Origin: Polyangiaceae bacterium
Lineage (GTDB): Bacteria; Myxococcota_A; Polyangia; Polyangiales; Polyangiaceae
Reading direction: 5' to 3'
DNA: 47,423 nucleotides
Assembly (NCBI GenBank): GCA_035063585.1
Contig: JAPSGB010000035.1
Coordinates: 1 to 47,423 of the forward strand
The notes under the pieces are model-generated. The model saw only the letters and a program-made list of their open reading frames with translations. It was not told the origin of the DNA and searched no databases. Positions 8,293-15,792 of the stretch are shown here, piece after piece (the stretch's first letter is position 1; every line of letters starts with the position of its first letter). The position numbers and the translations under genes are program-made.

Positions 8293-9612
8293 GTGCCGGC
8301 TCGCCGTCGCTCACCAGGGCTCGCTCGCTGGGCGCTCTCCGCTGCGATCTCGGGGGGGTGTCTGCTCGGCGCGGGCTCCGCCCGGGCGGATCTCACCGAC
8401 GACGTCCGGGCGCTGGCGCGCGCATGGCGACCGGCCGGCGAGGTGCGAGTGCTCGCACCTCGCGTCGCCGAACGCGGCGAGCGGCTCCCGCTGCTGCTCG
8501 AGGAGGCGGAGCGAGACGCGGAGAACGGCGGCTGCACGACGGTGGCCATCCTCGGCGCCGTGAGCGCGACCTTCGTGACGCATCGGGCGAGCGCCAGCGA
8601 GTCCGCCGCGAGCGAGGACGCGCTCGCCCGCGCGAGCGTCGCGGGCGCAGTCGAGCTCACGCTGTGCGGCGCCGACAAGGCCCGCTTCGACGAGCTCGAG
8701 GTCGAGCTCCGCTCGCCGCGCGCGATCCTGCAGACGGTGGTCGCGCGCTCCCCCGGGCCACTGCCACCGCTCACGGCCATCCTGCCGCGACGCGAGCCGG
8801 GCGTCCCGGCGGAGGACACGCCGGCGGGCCCGCCGCCGGCTCCAGCGCCGCGGGCGGCCCGGGCCGCCGCGGTCGAGCGACAGCAACGGGACGACGGCGC
8901 GGAGCGCGTGGAGCGCCAGGCGCTCGGGGCGAGCTCCACCGGCGCAGGCTGGACGCTCCTCGCGCTCGACGCGGGCTGCAGCCGTCTCGACCTGCTCGGC
9001 GCGGACCACGCGCGCGGGGGCGGGTCGGCCGTCGACCTCGACGCTTCGGTCACGCTCGCCCAGACCGGCGAGACGCTCGCCTCGGACAGCGGCAACGCGC
9101 CGGACGCGAGCGTCTCGTTCTGTCTCGGGGAGCGCGCTGCCGTGCGGCTCCGCTTCACGGGCGCGGCGCCGTTCAGCGAGGTGCTGCTCGTGCGCTCCCG
9201 ATGGTCGCTGCCGGCGGGGTTGCCGCCGTACTTCGACGCTCGCGCGCGCGCTCGGCTCGCCGAGGCGCTCCGCGAGCACCACGCGCCGCCCCCTGTCGAC
9301 TCCCCCATCTACTCCTCCCTCGGGATCTCGGGCGTGACGATGCTCCCGCTCGCGGTCGAGCCCGGCGCCTGCTATCGGCTCGGCGCCGCGGTGCTCGACG
9401 GTCCGAGGAGCTCGCTCACCCTCGCCGTCGACGCCGCGGGAACCACCAGTGAGAATCGAAGCCGTGACGAGGCCGCGGGCGCGGCGCTCGCCTTCTGCGT
9501 CGGCGCGGTCGAGCGCGCGCTCGTCCACGTCGAGTCGCGGGGCGCCGGGGTGAGCTGGCTCTTGGCCGTCTGGCAGACCGGGCGCGTCACTCTCGGGGAG
9601 GAGCCGCCGTGA
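8293..9612 (+). CDS. Secreted hypothetical protein with three Cys-flanked repeat modules
   Basis: Signal-like leader ending ARA; recurring G-C...DLD...G..LA.D...(F/L)C pattern; GTGA overlap with the next gene. Confidence 0.7.
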   Translation: MPARRRSPGLARWALSAAISGGCLLGAGSARADLTDDVRALARAWRPAGEVRVLAPRVAERGERLPLLLEEAERDAENGGCTTVAILGAVSATFVTHRASASESAASEDALARASVAGAVELTLCGADKARFDELEVELRSPRAILQTVVARSPGPLPPLTAILPRREPGVPAEDTPAGPPPAPAPRAARAAAVERQQRDDGAERVERQALGASSTGAGWTLLALDAGCSRLDLLGADHARGGGSAVDLDASVTLAQTGETLASDSGNAPDASVSFCLGERAAVRLRFTGAAPFSEVLLVRSRWSLPAGLPPYFDARARARLAEALREHHAPPPVDSPIYSSLGISGVTMLPLAVEPGACYRLGAAVLDGPRSSLTLAVDAAGTTSENRSRDEAAGAALAFCVGAVERALVHVESRGAGVSWLLAVWQTGRVTLGEEPP

Positions 9613-11300
9613 GCCGCTCGAGGCTCGCCGCGCTGCTCGCGCCCGTGACGCTCCTCGGCGCGGCTTGCGGCCGGCCCGCGCCGCCGGCCGCGCCGGCCAG
9701 ACCCCCACCTGCGAAGCTGGAGCACGCCGGCGGCGAAGCGCTCGCGCGCTGGCTCCGTGCGAGCTCGTTCGAGGTGATGACGCCGGGGACCGACGAGGTC
9801 CGCGTGGTCAGGCTCGGGATGGCCGCCGCCGGCGATCGCGTCGAGGTCGTGGTCGAAGCCCCGGAAGACCGCTGCCTCTTGCTCCTCGCCCGCGCAGGGG
9901 CCGAGGTCGATGACATCGACCTCTACGCCTACGCCGACGACGGGGCCGTGCTCGGCGAGGATGACGCGCCCGATCCGGCGCCGATCGTCATCGTTTGTCC
10001 GCCGCATCCCCGGCGGATCTTCGTCGCGGCGCGGGTCGCGGCCGGCCGTGGCGTGGTCGGGATTGGCGCGCAGTCGATCCCCGCGGGAGACGCCGAGCGC
10101 GTGCGCGCCACCGTCGAGGCAGCGTCGCGCTCCGCCCGCGCGAACGCGCGGCCGGGTCGGTGGCCCGACCTCGATACGCAGATCGCGCGTCACCGGCGAC
10201 GGGTCGGCGGACAGTGGCAGGAACTCCGGCGGTTGGCGGTACCGGTCGACCCGCGGATCGTGGCGCGGGTATCCGCCGTGGTCGATGAGGACCGCTGCCT
10301 CGATGTGCTCGCGGTCCCAGAGGATTCCGTCTCGCACCTCGAGCTCACGGCGATCGCTCCGGACGGTCACACCCTCGGACGCGCGCTCGCGACCGAGCGC
10401 GAGCGCGCGTTCATCATATGCTCGAGCGCGAGCGAGGCGATCACCCTCGAGCTCCGACCGCACGCCGGACGAGGCATGGTCGCCGTGGTGCTCGCGCGCA
10501 CCGCGCCGGGCGAGCGCCCGGACTCGCTGGCGGCGCCGCTCCGCTTCGAGCTCGCCCCGACGGGAGCGCTCGCGGAGCATCGCGCCGCGAACGATGCGCG
10601 GCTCTCCGCGCTCGGCTACCCAGCGCCGAGCCTGCTGGGCGAAGGAGCGCTCGCGGTGGGGCGTCGGGTGAGCCTCGACGTCTCCCTGCCTCCGGGATGC
10701 GCGCGGATCGATGTGGTCACGGGTCGCCCGATGCGCGGACTCGAAGCGCAGCTCTGGTCGCGGGCCGGGAGCCTGATCGCGCGCGACGTCGGCACCGGCC
10801 GGGCGTCACTCTTCGCCTGCGGCCCCGGTGGACCGGCGCGCCTCGACCTCGACGCGACCGACGCCCCCGGACCCTACGCGATCGAGCTCCGCGCCGATGG
10901 GGACGGCGCGCCCGCCCTGACCCTTCACCCGCTGGCCGCCTCCCGGCTCGTCTCACGTCTGGTCGAGCGCGGGCTCATCGGCTCGGCGCGGCAGCTCACC
11001 GCCGCAGCCGCGCTCCCCCTCGCGGACTCCGCCCGCCACGACGAGAGTCTGACGGTTCCCATCGGGCGGTGCGTGGACGCGACCCTGGCGCTCGACTCGG
11101 GCGCCAGCGGCGCGGAGGTTCGTTTGCTCGACGCGGCGAGCGGCGCCGAGCTCGCGCTCGGGCGTGATCGCACCACCGCGAGCGCGCGCGCTTGCGCGCT
11201 CGACCGCGCCGAGACGCTGCAGGTGCGCGCCGAGCTCCGCGTGCTCGCAGGCAGCGCGGTGGGGCTGTTCGCGACGCGCCTGCTCGCGCCGCGACCCTGA
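9609..11300 (+). CDS. Hypothetical lipoprotein with four Cys-flanked repeat modules
   Basis: Lipobox-like LGAAC and Pro-rich linker; modules DRCLLLL..DIDLY..IVCP, DRCLDV..LEL..IICS, PGCARI..LEAQL..FACG, GRCVDA..EVRLL..RACA. Confidence 0.72.
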   Translation: MSRSRLAALLAPVTLLGAACGRPAPPAAPARPPPAKLEHAGGEALARWLRASSFEVMTPGTDEVRVVRLGMAAAGDRVEVVVEAPEDRCLLLLARAGAEVDDIDLYAYADDGAVLGEDDAPDPAPIVIVCPPHPRRIFVAARVAAGRGVVGIGAQSIPAGDAERVRATVEAASRSARANARPGRWPDLDTQIARHRRRVGGQWQELRRLAVPVDPRIVARVSAVVDEDRCLDVLAVPEDSVSHLELTAIAPDGHTLGRALATERERAFIICSSASEAITLELRPHAGRGMVAVVLARTAPGERPDSLAAPLRFELAPTGALAEHRAANDARLSALGYPAPSLLGEGALAVGRRVSLDVSLPPGCARIDVVTGRPMRGLEAQLWSRAGSLIARDVGTGRASLFACGPGGPARLDLDATDAPGPYAIELRADGDGAPALTLHPLAASRLVSRLVERGLIGSARQLTAAAALPLADSARHDESLTVPIGRCVDATLALDSGASGAEVRLLDAASGAELALGRDRTTASARACALDRAETLQVRAELRVLAGSAVGLFATRLLAPRP

Positions 11301-11307
11301 GCGGTGC

Positions 11308-12180
11308 TCAGCCGCCGAGCGGGAGCAGGTCGCGCGCGCTCGCGCTCCGGCGCTCGCCGTCGGCGTCGACGATCACCCAGGCGTCTTCGCTCGAAGAGAC
11401 GACCTTCCAGCGCTCCCAAGCGCCCTGGATGCTCACCGGGCGGACCAAGACGAACGACCCGGCACGTATCGGCAGAGCCGTCGGCGGCTCGGGCACGAGG
11501 GCGCTGCGCGCGACCTCGCTCACGCGCTCGCCTCCGCTCCAAACCAGATGAACGGTGTCGCCGTCGAGCTCGCGAACCTCCCCCGAGTACCAGTCCTCCC
11601 CGCGCCGCACCAGCACCCGCGCTTGCGCGGACGGTCGCCAGCCGGAGGGCGGCGTCGGGCTCCCCGCGCGTCGTGCGGCTTGGAGGAAGGCGCTGCGCGC
11701 CGACTCGCGCTCGAACCGGCGGCGGAGGTTCAAGAGCGTGAGCGGCGTCGGCGCGAGCACCCGACTCGGCCGCACGTCGATTCGCTCACCTCCTGGCCCG
11801 ACCGCCTCGATGCCGCCCGCGCCGCTCACCGACTGGACGCGGCAAGGAACCCACGTGGCGTCGCCGGACTCGCAAATCGCGAGATCGCCGGCGCCGAGGT
11901 GAGCTGGCTCGGGTGGCAGTCGGTACACGTCCGCGGCGGACACGAGCTGAGTCTCGTCCACACCTCCGAGCTGCACGCGGAGCTTCCCCTCCGGCGTGCT
12001 GCCGATGACGCGGCCCTCGACGAACTCCGCCGCCCTCTGCTCGACGACGATCTGCGCGCCGCGCGGGACTGCGCCCTGCGCCGGATCGACGGGCAGAGGC
12101 TCGCCCCGCGTGCCACGACGGTCGCAACTCCCCAGTAGCGCGAGCAGCCCCGCGATCCCGGCGAAGCGTGCACGCTCCAC
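11308..12180 (-). CDS. Hypothetical lipoprotein with tandem SH3/Tudor-like beta-barrel repeats (start uncertain)
   Basis: Lipobox LGSC after LLALL; four ~55-aa repeats of the pattern G.xVxV....(W/F)..(G/C).V. GTG 12180 chosen as start; the frame is open to 12297. Confidence 0.55.
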   Translation of the reverse strand: MERARFAGIAGLLALLGSCDRRGTRGEPLPVDPAQGAVPRGAQIVVEQRAAEFVEGRVIGSTPEGKLRVQLGGVDETQLVSAADVYRLPPEPAHLGAGDLAICESGDATWVPCRVQSVSGAGGIEAVGPGGERIDVRPSRVLAPTPLTLLNLRRRFERESARSAFLQAARRAGSPTPPSGWRPSAQARVLVRRGEDWYSGEVRELDGDTVHLVWSGGERVSEVARSALVPEPPTALPIRAGSFVLVRPVSIQGAWERWKVVSSSEDAWVIVDADGERRSASARDLLPLGG

Positions 12181-12324
12181 CGCACGAGGAAACCATACCC
12201 AGTCGCGGAGAGTCACTCGACGTCCGTCCTCACTCGACCGTGACTCGCAGCCGAGAGGCCTGACACTACCCGGTTCGCAGAGCGAGCGCTCGCGCACCGG
12301 GTAGTGGAGCGGATCCCGCCGTGC

Positions 12325-12648
12325 TCAGAACGCCGCGGGCGTCTCGGGAGCCGCCGCCGGAGCGGCCGCCTTCTTCGCCTTGCGGGCCGTCTTTCGACGG
12401 GCCTTCTTCTTCGGCGCGTCGGCGGTCGGCGCCGCCGCCGGGGCCGCGGCCGCCGCAGGGGCCTTGCGCGCCTTCTTGGCGGTCTTCTTGCCAGCCTTCT
12501 TCGCGGCCTTCTTGGCCGTCTTCTTGCCGGCCTTCTTGCCAGCCTTCTTCGCGGCCTTCTTGGCCGTCTTCTTACCAGCCTTCTTGCCAGCCTTCTTCGT
12601 GATCTTCTTGCCAGCCTTCTTCGCCGTCTTCTTCTTCTTAGCGGCCAT
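12325..12648 (-). CDS. Histone H1-like Lys/Ala-rich basic protein
   Basis: 107 aa made mainly of AKKAGKK/TAKK repeats plus PAAA tracts; GGAGG RBS upstream of ATG 12648. Confidence 0.8.
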   Translation of the reverse strand: MAAKKKKTAKKAGKKITKKAGKKAGKKTAKKAAKKAGKKAGKKTAKKAAKKAGKKTAKKARKAPAAAAAPAAAPTADAPKKKARRKTARKAKKAAAPAAAPETPAAF

Positions 12649-12702
12649 CGGATCCTCCTGGGATTCCTCGTGTGCACGGGGTTCGCCCCCGCCACTCCGT
12701 GT

Positions 12703-12757
12703 CGATGCACCACATATATTGCCATCTATTGTGGTGTGTCAACGATGTAGTGCATCG
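12703..12757 (-). promoter_or_regulatory. AT-rich promoter with flanking inverted repeats upstream of the H1-like gene
   Basis: Minus-strand TTGACA (12742-12737) followed 17-18 nt later by ATATAT/TATATG. CGATGCACCACA (12703-12714) and TGTAGTGCATCG (12746-12757) form an 11/12 inverted repeat. Confidence 0.55.
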
Positions 12758-12817
12758 TGGCGTCATTTTTCTTGCACCTCGTCGCTATCCTCCCGCCGCC
12801 CGCCGCCGAGCCCCGCC

Positions 12818-13621
12818 TCAGCGAGGCTGGCTCGAGCGCACGCGGTCGAGAAACGCCGCGAGCGCTGCATCGAACGCCCGAGGTGCGGCGAGGTTCACCA
12901 CGTGACCTGCGCCCGGGACGACCACGAGCTCGACCTCGGGCAGCGCTCCGGCGAGCTCGCGGGACGGCACGAGCGAGCGCTCGTCGAGCGCTCCGACGAT
13001 CACCAGGGTCGGCACCGTGAGGCGCGCAAGCTCGGCGCGCAGCGACTCGATGGACGGCTGCACGGCGAGCAAGCGCCGGAGCGTGTGCGCGAGCGCGCCG
13101 GGCGAGTGCTCGAGGAAACCTTGGCGGATGAGCCGAGCTCCCTGGGGATCGAAGCGCGCGCGCTCGCCCCACGCGTACTCGGCTCCGGCGCGGTCGAGCC
13201 CTTCGCGGTCGATCGCGTCAGCGAACCCGAGCGCCCAGTCGCGCCCGTCTTTCCCGACGGAGACGTAAGGGAACGCCGCCAGGACGAGCCCACGGAGGCG
13301 CTCGGCATGCGCGAGCGCATATCGGAGCGCGACGCCAGCGCCCATGCTGAGCCCGCCGACCACGACCGGCAGAGGCCCGGTCCCGTCGACCACGCGCGCG
13401 AGGTCCTCGACGAAGCAGTCGGGTTCATAGGCCTCCGCCGGCGCGGGGGCCTCGCTGCGCGCGTGCCCTCGCGCGTCGAAGAGCACGAAGCGGTGCTCCC
13501 CCCCGAGCGAGCGCGCTTGCGGTCGAAAATTGCGCGCGCTGCCGCCGAAGCCGTGCGCGAGCACGATCGTGTCACCATCACCGAACGACTCGACATGCAG
13601 CGCGACCGCACCGCAGCTCAT
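12818..13621 (-). CDS. Alpha/beta-fold hydrolase (MenH/PcaD-like)
   Basis: LAHGFGG, DARGHARS, nucleophile GLSMG, VIVGALD, AGHVVNL; TGATG overlap with the ADH stop. Confidence 0.85.
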   Translation of the reverse strand: MSCGAVALHVESFGDGDTIVLAHGFGGSARNFRPQARSLGGEHRFVLFDARGHARSEAPAPAEAYEPDCFVEDLARVVDGTGPLPVVVGGLSMGAGVALRYALAHAERLRGLVLAAFPYVSVGKDGRDWALGFADAIDREGLDRAGAEYAWGERARFDPQGARLIRQGFLEHSPGALAHTLRRLLAVQPSIESLRAELARLTVPTLVIVGALDERSLVPSRELAGALPEVELVVVPGAGHVVNLAAPRAFDAALAAFLDRVRSSQPR

Positions 13622-14796
13622 CAGAGCACGCCCTCGTAGAGGGCTCGGACGTCCGCGCGCTCGGGCATCCGCGGGGTTGCCGCCATCAAGGAATCGGCGA
13701 ACGCGTCCTCTACCAGCGTAGGGATCAGCGCTGGCTCGATGCCGAGCTCGCCTCCTCGACGCGCGGTGCCGACCCGCGCGCTCAGCTGCTCCACGGCTGC
13801 GATCGCCCTCGCCGCGTTCTCCTCGTCGCTCGCGCCCGGCTCCGCGACCCCGAGCGCGATGGCCGCCTGAGCGTAGCGCTCGGCCACCACCCTCAGGTTG
13901 AAGCGCATCACCGCGGGCAGGAGCGTGGAGAGCGCCTGCCCGTGCGATACGCCGAGCCGTGCGCCGAGCGGGTGCCCCATCGCGTGACAGAGCCCGAGCC
14001 CTGAGTTCGTGAAGGCGACGCCCGCGAGGTTCGCGGCCAAGAGCATCTGTGCGCGCGCCTCCACGTCCCCACCATCGTCGAAGGCGCGCGGAAGGAACGC
14101 GGCGACCATGCTCATGGCTCGGAGCGCGACGCTGTCGGAGAAGGGGTTGGCTCGCACGCAGGTAAAGGCCTCGATGGCGTGCGTGAGGACGTCCATCCCA
14201 CAGGTCGCGGTCACACCCGGCGGAGCGTCGATGGTGAGCAGCGGGTCGAGGATCACGAGCGCCGGCGTGAGGTCCGGATGACCGACGAGGATCTTCCGCC
14301 CGAGCGCGGGCTCGGTGATGACGCCATACATGTTGGTCTCGGAGCCCGTCCCGGCCGTGGTCGGGAGCGCGATCACTCGCTGCGGGGGCGTGGCCGGCTG
14401 GCAGCCGAACGGATAGTCGGTGATGTGGCCGCCGTTCGGCCCGACGATGGCGATCGCCTTGGCCGCGTCCATCGCCGAGCCCCCGCCCACCGCGATGACG
14501 ACGTCGCTCGGTCGTCCCCGCGCCAAGGCGGCGCCCTCCTCGACGGTCCGCGCGGTCGGGTTGGCGGTGACGCCGTCGAACACGCGACACTCCACCCCGG
14601 ACGCCTCGAGCGTGCCCTGCACCGGCGCGATCACACCGTGCGCGACGAGCCCGGGATCGGTGACGATGAAGGCGCCCTTTGCGCCGAGCGCGCGCACCCG
14701 CTTGCCGAGCTTGGCGAGCGAGCCTGCGCCGAAGGTGGTGCGGACGCCAGGGGAGAGCTCGAAGGTCGCCTCGCTCAGCATGTTGGCCACCCGCAT
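13621..14796 (-). CDS. Iron-containing alcohol dehydrogenase
   Basis: GGGSAMDAAK, PTTAGTGSE; metal ligands in DVLTH and HAMGH...SHG. Alternative start ATG 14781. Confidence 0.9.
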   Translation of the reverse strand: MRVANMLSEATFELSPGVRTTFGAGSLAKLGKRVRALGAKGAFIVTDPGLVAHGVIAPVQGTLEASGVECRVFDGVTANPTARTVEEGAALARGRPSDVVIAVGGGSAMDAAKAIAIVGPNGGHITDYPFGCQPATPPQRVIALPTTAGTGSETNMYGVITEPALGRKILVGHPDLTPALVILDPLLTIDAPPGVTATCGMDVLTHAIEAFTCVRANPFSDSVALRAMSMVAAFLPRAFDDGGDVEARAQMLLAANLAGVAFTNSGLGLCHAMGHPLGARLGVSHGQALSTLLPAVMRFNLRVVAERYAQAAIALGVAEPGASDEENAARAIAAVEQLSARVGTARRGGELGIEPALIPTLVEDAFADSLMAATPRMPERADVRALYEGVL

Positions 14797-14842
14797 ACCG
14801 CCGCGGCCGTCGCGCGGCCAGCGGGCAGGCAGCGCGGCGCCC

Positions 14843-15715
14843 TCAGCCGAGCTCCCACCCGGTGCCGAGCGTGGCGCGCGCGTCGCTCCCGCACCACCGT
14901 CCGCCTTCGCCGCGCGTCAGGCGCGCCACGCACACCTCGGGGTCGTGGGTGAAGAAGAGCCAGCTCGCCCGGTCCGTGAGCGTTTCGTAGATCGCCGCCT
15001 TCTCGTCGACGACCCGCTCGGCGCAGCGATCGTATCCCATCGTCATCGGCAGGTGGACCCACGCCATCCCCGGCACGAGGTCGGCGCCAAAGAAGAGCTG
15101 CTCGCGGTCGCCGAGCACGGTCGTGTGGAGCATGCCGGGGGTGTGCCCCTCGGTCTGCCGGAGCCGATATCGCTCACCGAGGCACGCGGTCGCCGTCTCC
15201 GCGCCGACCAGCTCGAGCCTCCCGCTCGCCTCGAGGAGCGCGGGCAGCGCGGGGATGAACGAGGCCCGGTCGCGCGAGTGCGGGGCTCGGGCCCTCTCGA
15301 AGGCGTCCTGGGTCACCAGGAAGCGCGCCCGCGGGAACAGCAACTCGGGCGCCGCGCCCTCACGATGTGCCTGGAGGAGCCCACCGGCGTGATCGAAGTG
15401 GAGGTGACTCAGCACCACGACGTCGATGCTGGCGTCGTCGAGGCCGAGCGCCTCGAGCGCGACGAGGAGCTCGTGCCGCGGCGACTCGACGCCGTAGCGA
15501 GCGCGGAGCGCGGGCTCGAAGAACGCGCCGACGCCCGTGTCGAAGAGGAGCTTCCGATTCCCTTCGTCCACCAGCATCGCCCGGCACGCCACCAGCACCC
15601 GCCCCTCGTCGTCCGGACGGTGCCAGCGGCTCCACAGCGCGCGGGGGACGTTGCCGAACATCGCCCCGCCGTCGAGGCGTTGCGCGTTGCCCTTCAAGTC
15701 GAAGATCCGGACCAC
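14843..15715 (-). CDS. MBL-fold metallo-hydrolase (YtnP-like)
   Basis: LDGGAMFGNVPRALW, SHLHFDHAGG (HxHxDH), GHTPGM, ADLVP, FTHDP. Confidence 0.88.
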   Translation of the reverse strand: MVRIFDLKGNAQRLDGGAMFGNVPRALWSRWHRPDDEGRVLVACRAMLVDEGNRKLLFDTGVGAFFEPALRARYGVESPRHELLVALEALGLDDASIDVVVLSHLHFDHAGGLLQAHREGAAPELLFPRARFLVTQDAFERARAPHSRDRASFIPALPALLEASGRLELVGAETATACLGERYRLRQTEGHTPGMLHTTVLGDREQLFFGADLVPGMAWVHLPMTMGYDRCAERVVDEKAAIYETLTDRASWLFFTHDPEVCVARLTRGEGGRWCGSDARATLGTGWELG

Positions 15716-15792
15716 TCGTGAGACCCAGCACGAGCCGCCGAGCGACGCAAGCCTTGATCCTCCGCGCGTTGGTCCCTATCCCCAGGCTCCCC

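Noticed and set aside
11308..12648. Tudor 'reader' acting on the neighbouring H1-like protein
   Set aside because: The Tudor-like protein appears to have a lipoprotein signal and so would be in a different compartment; adjacency is the only support.
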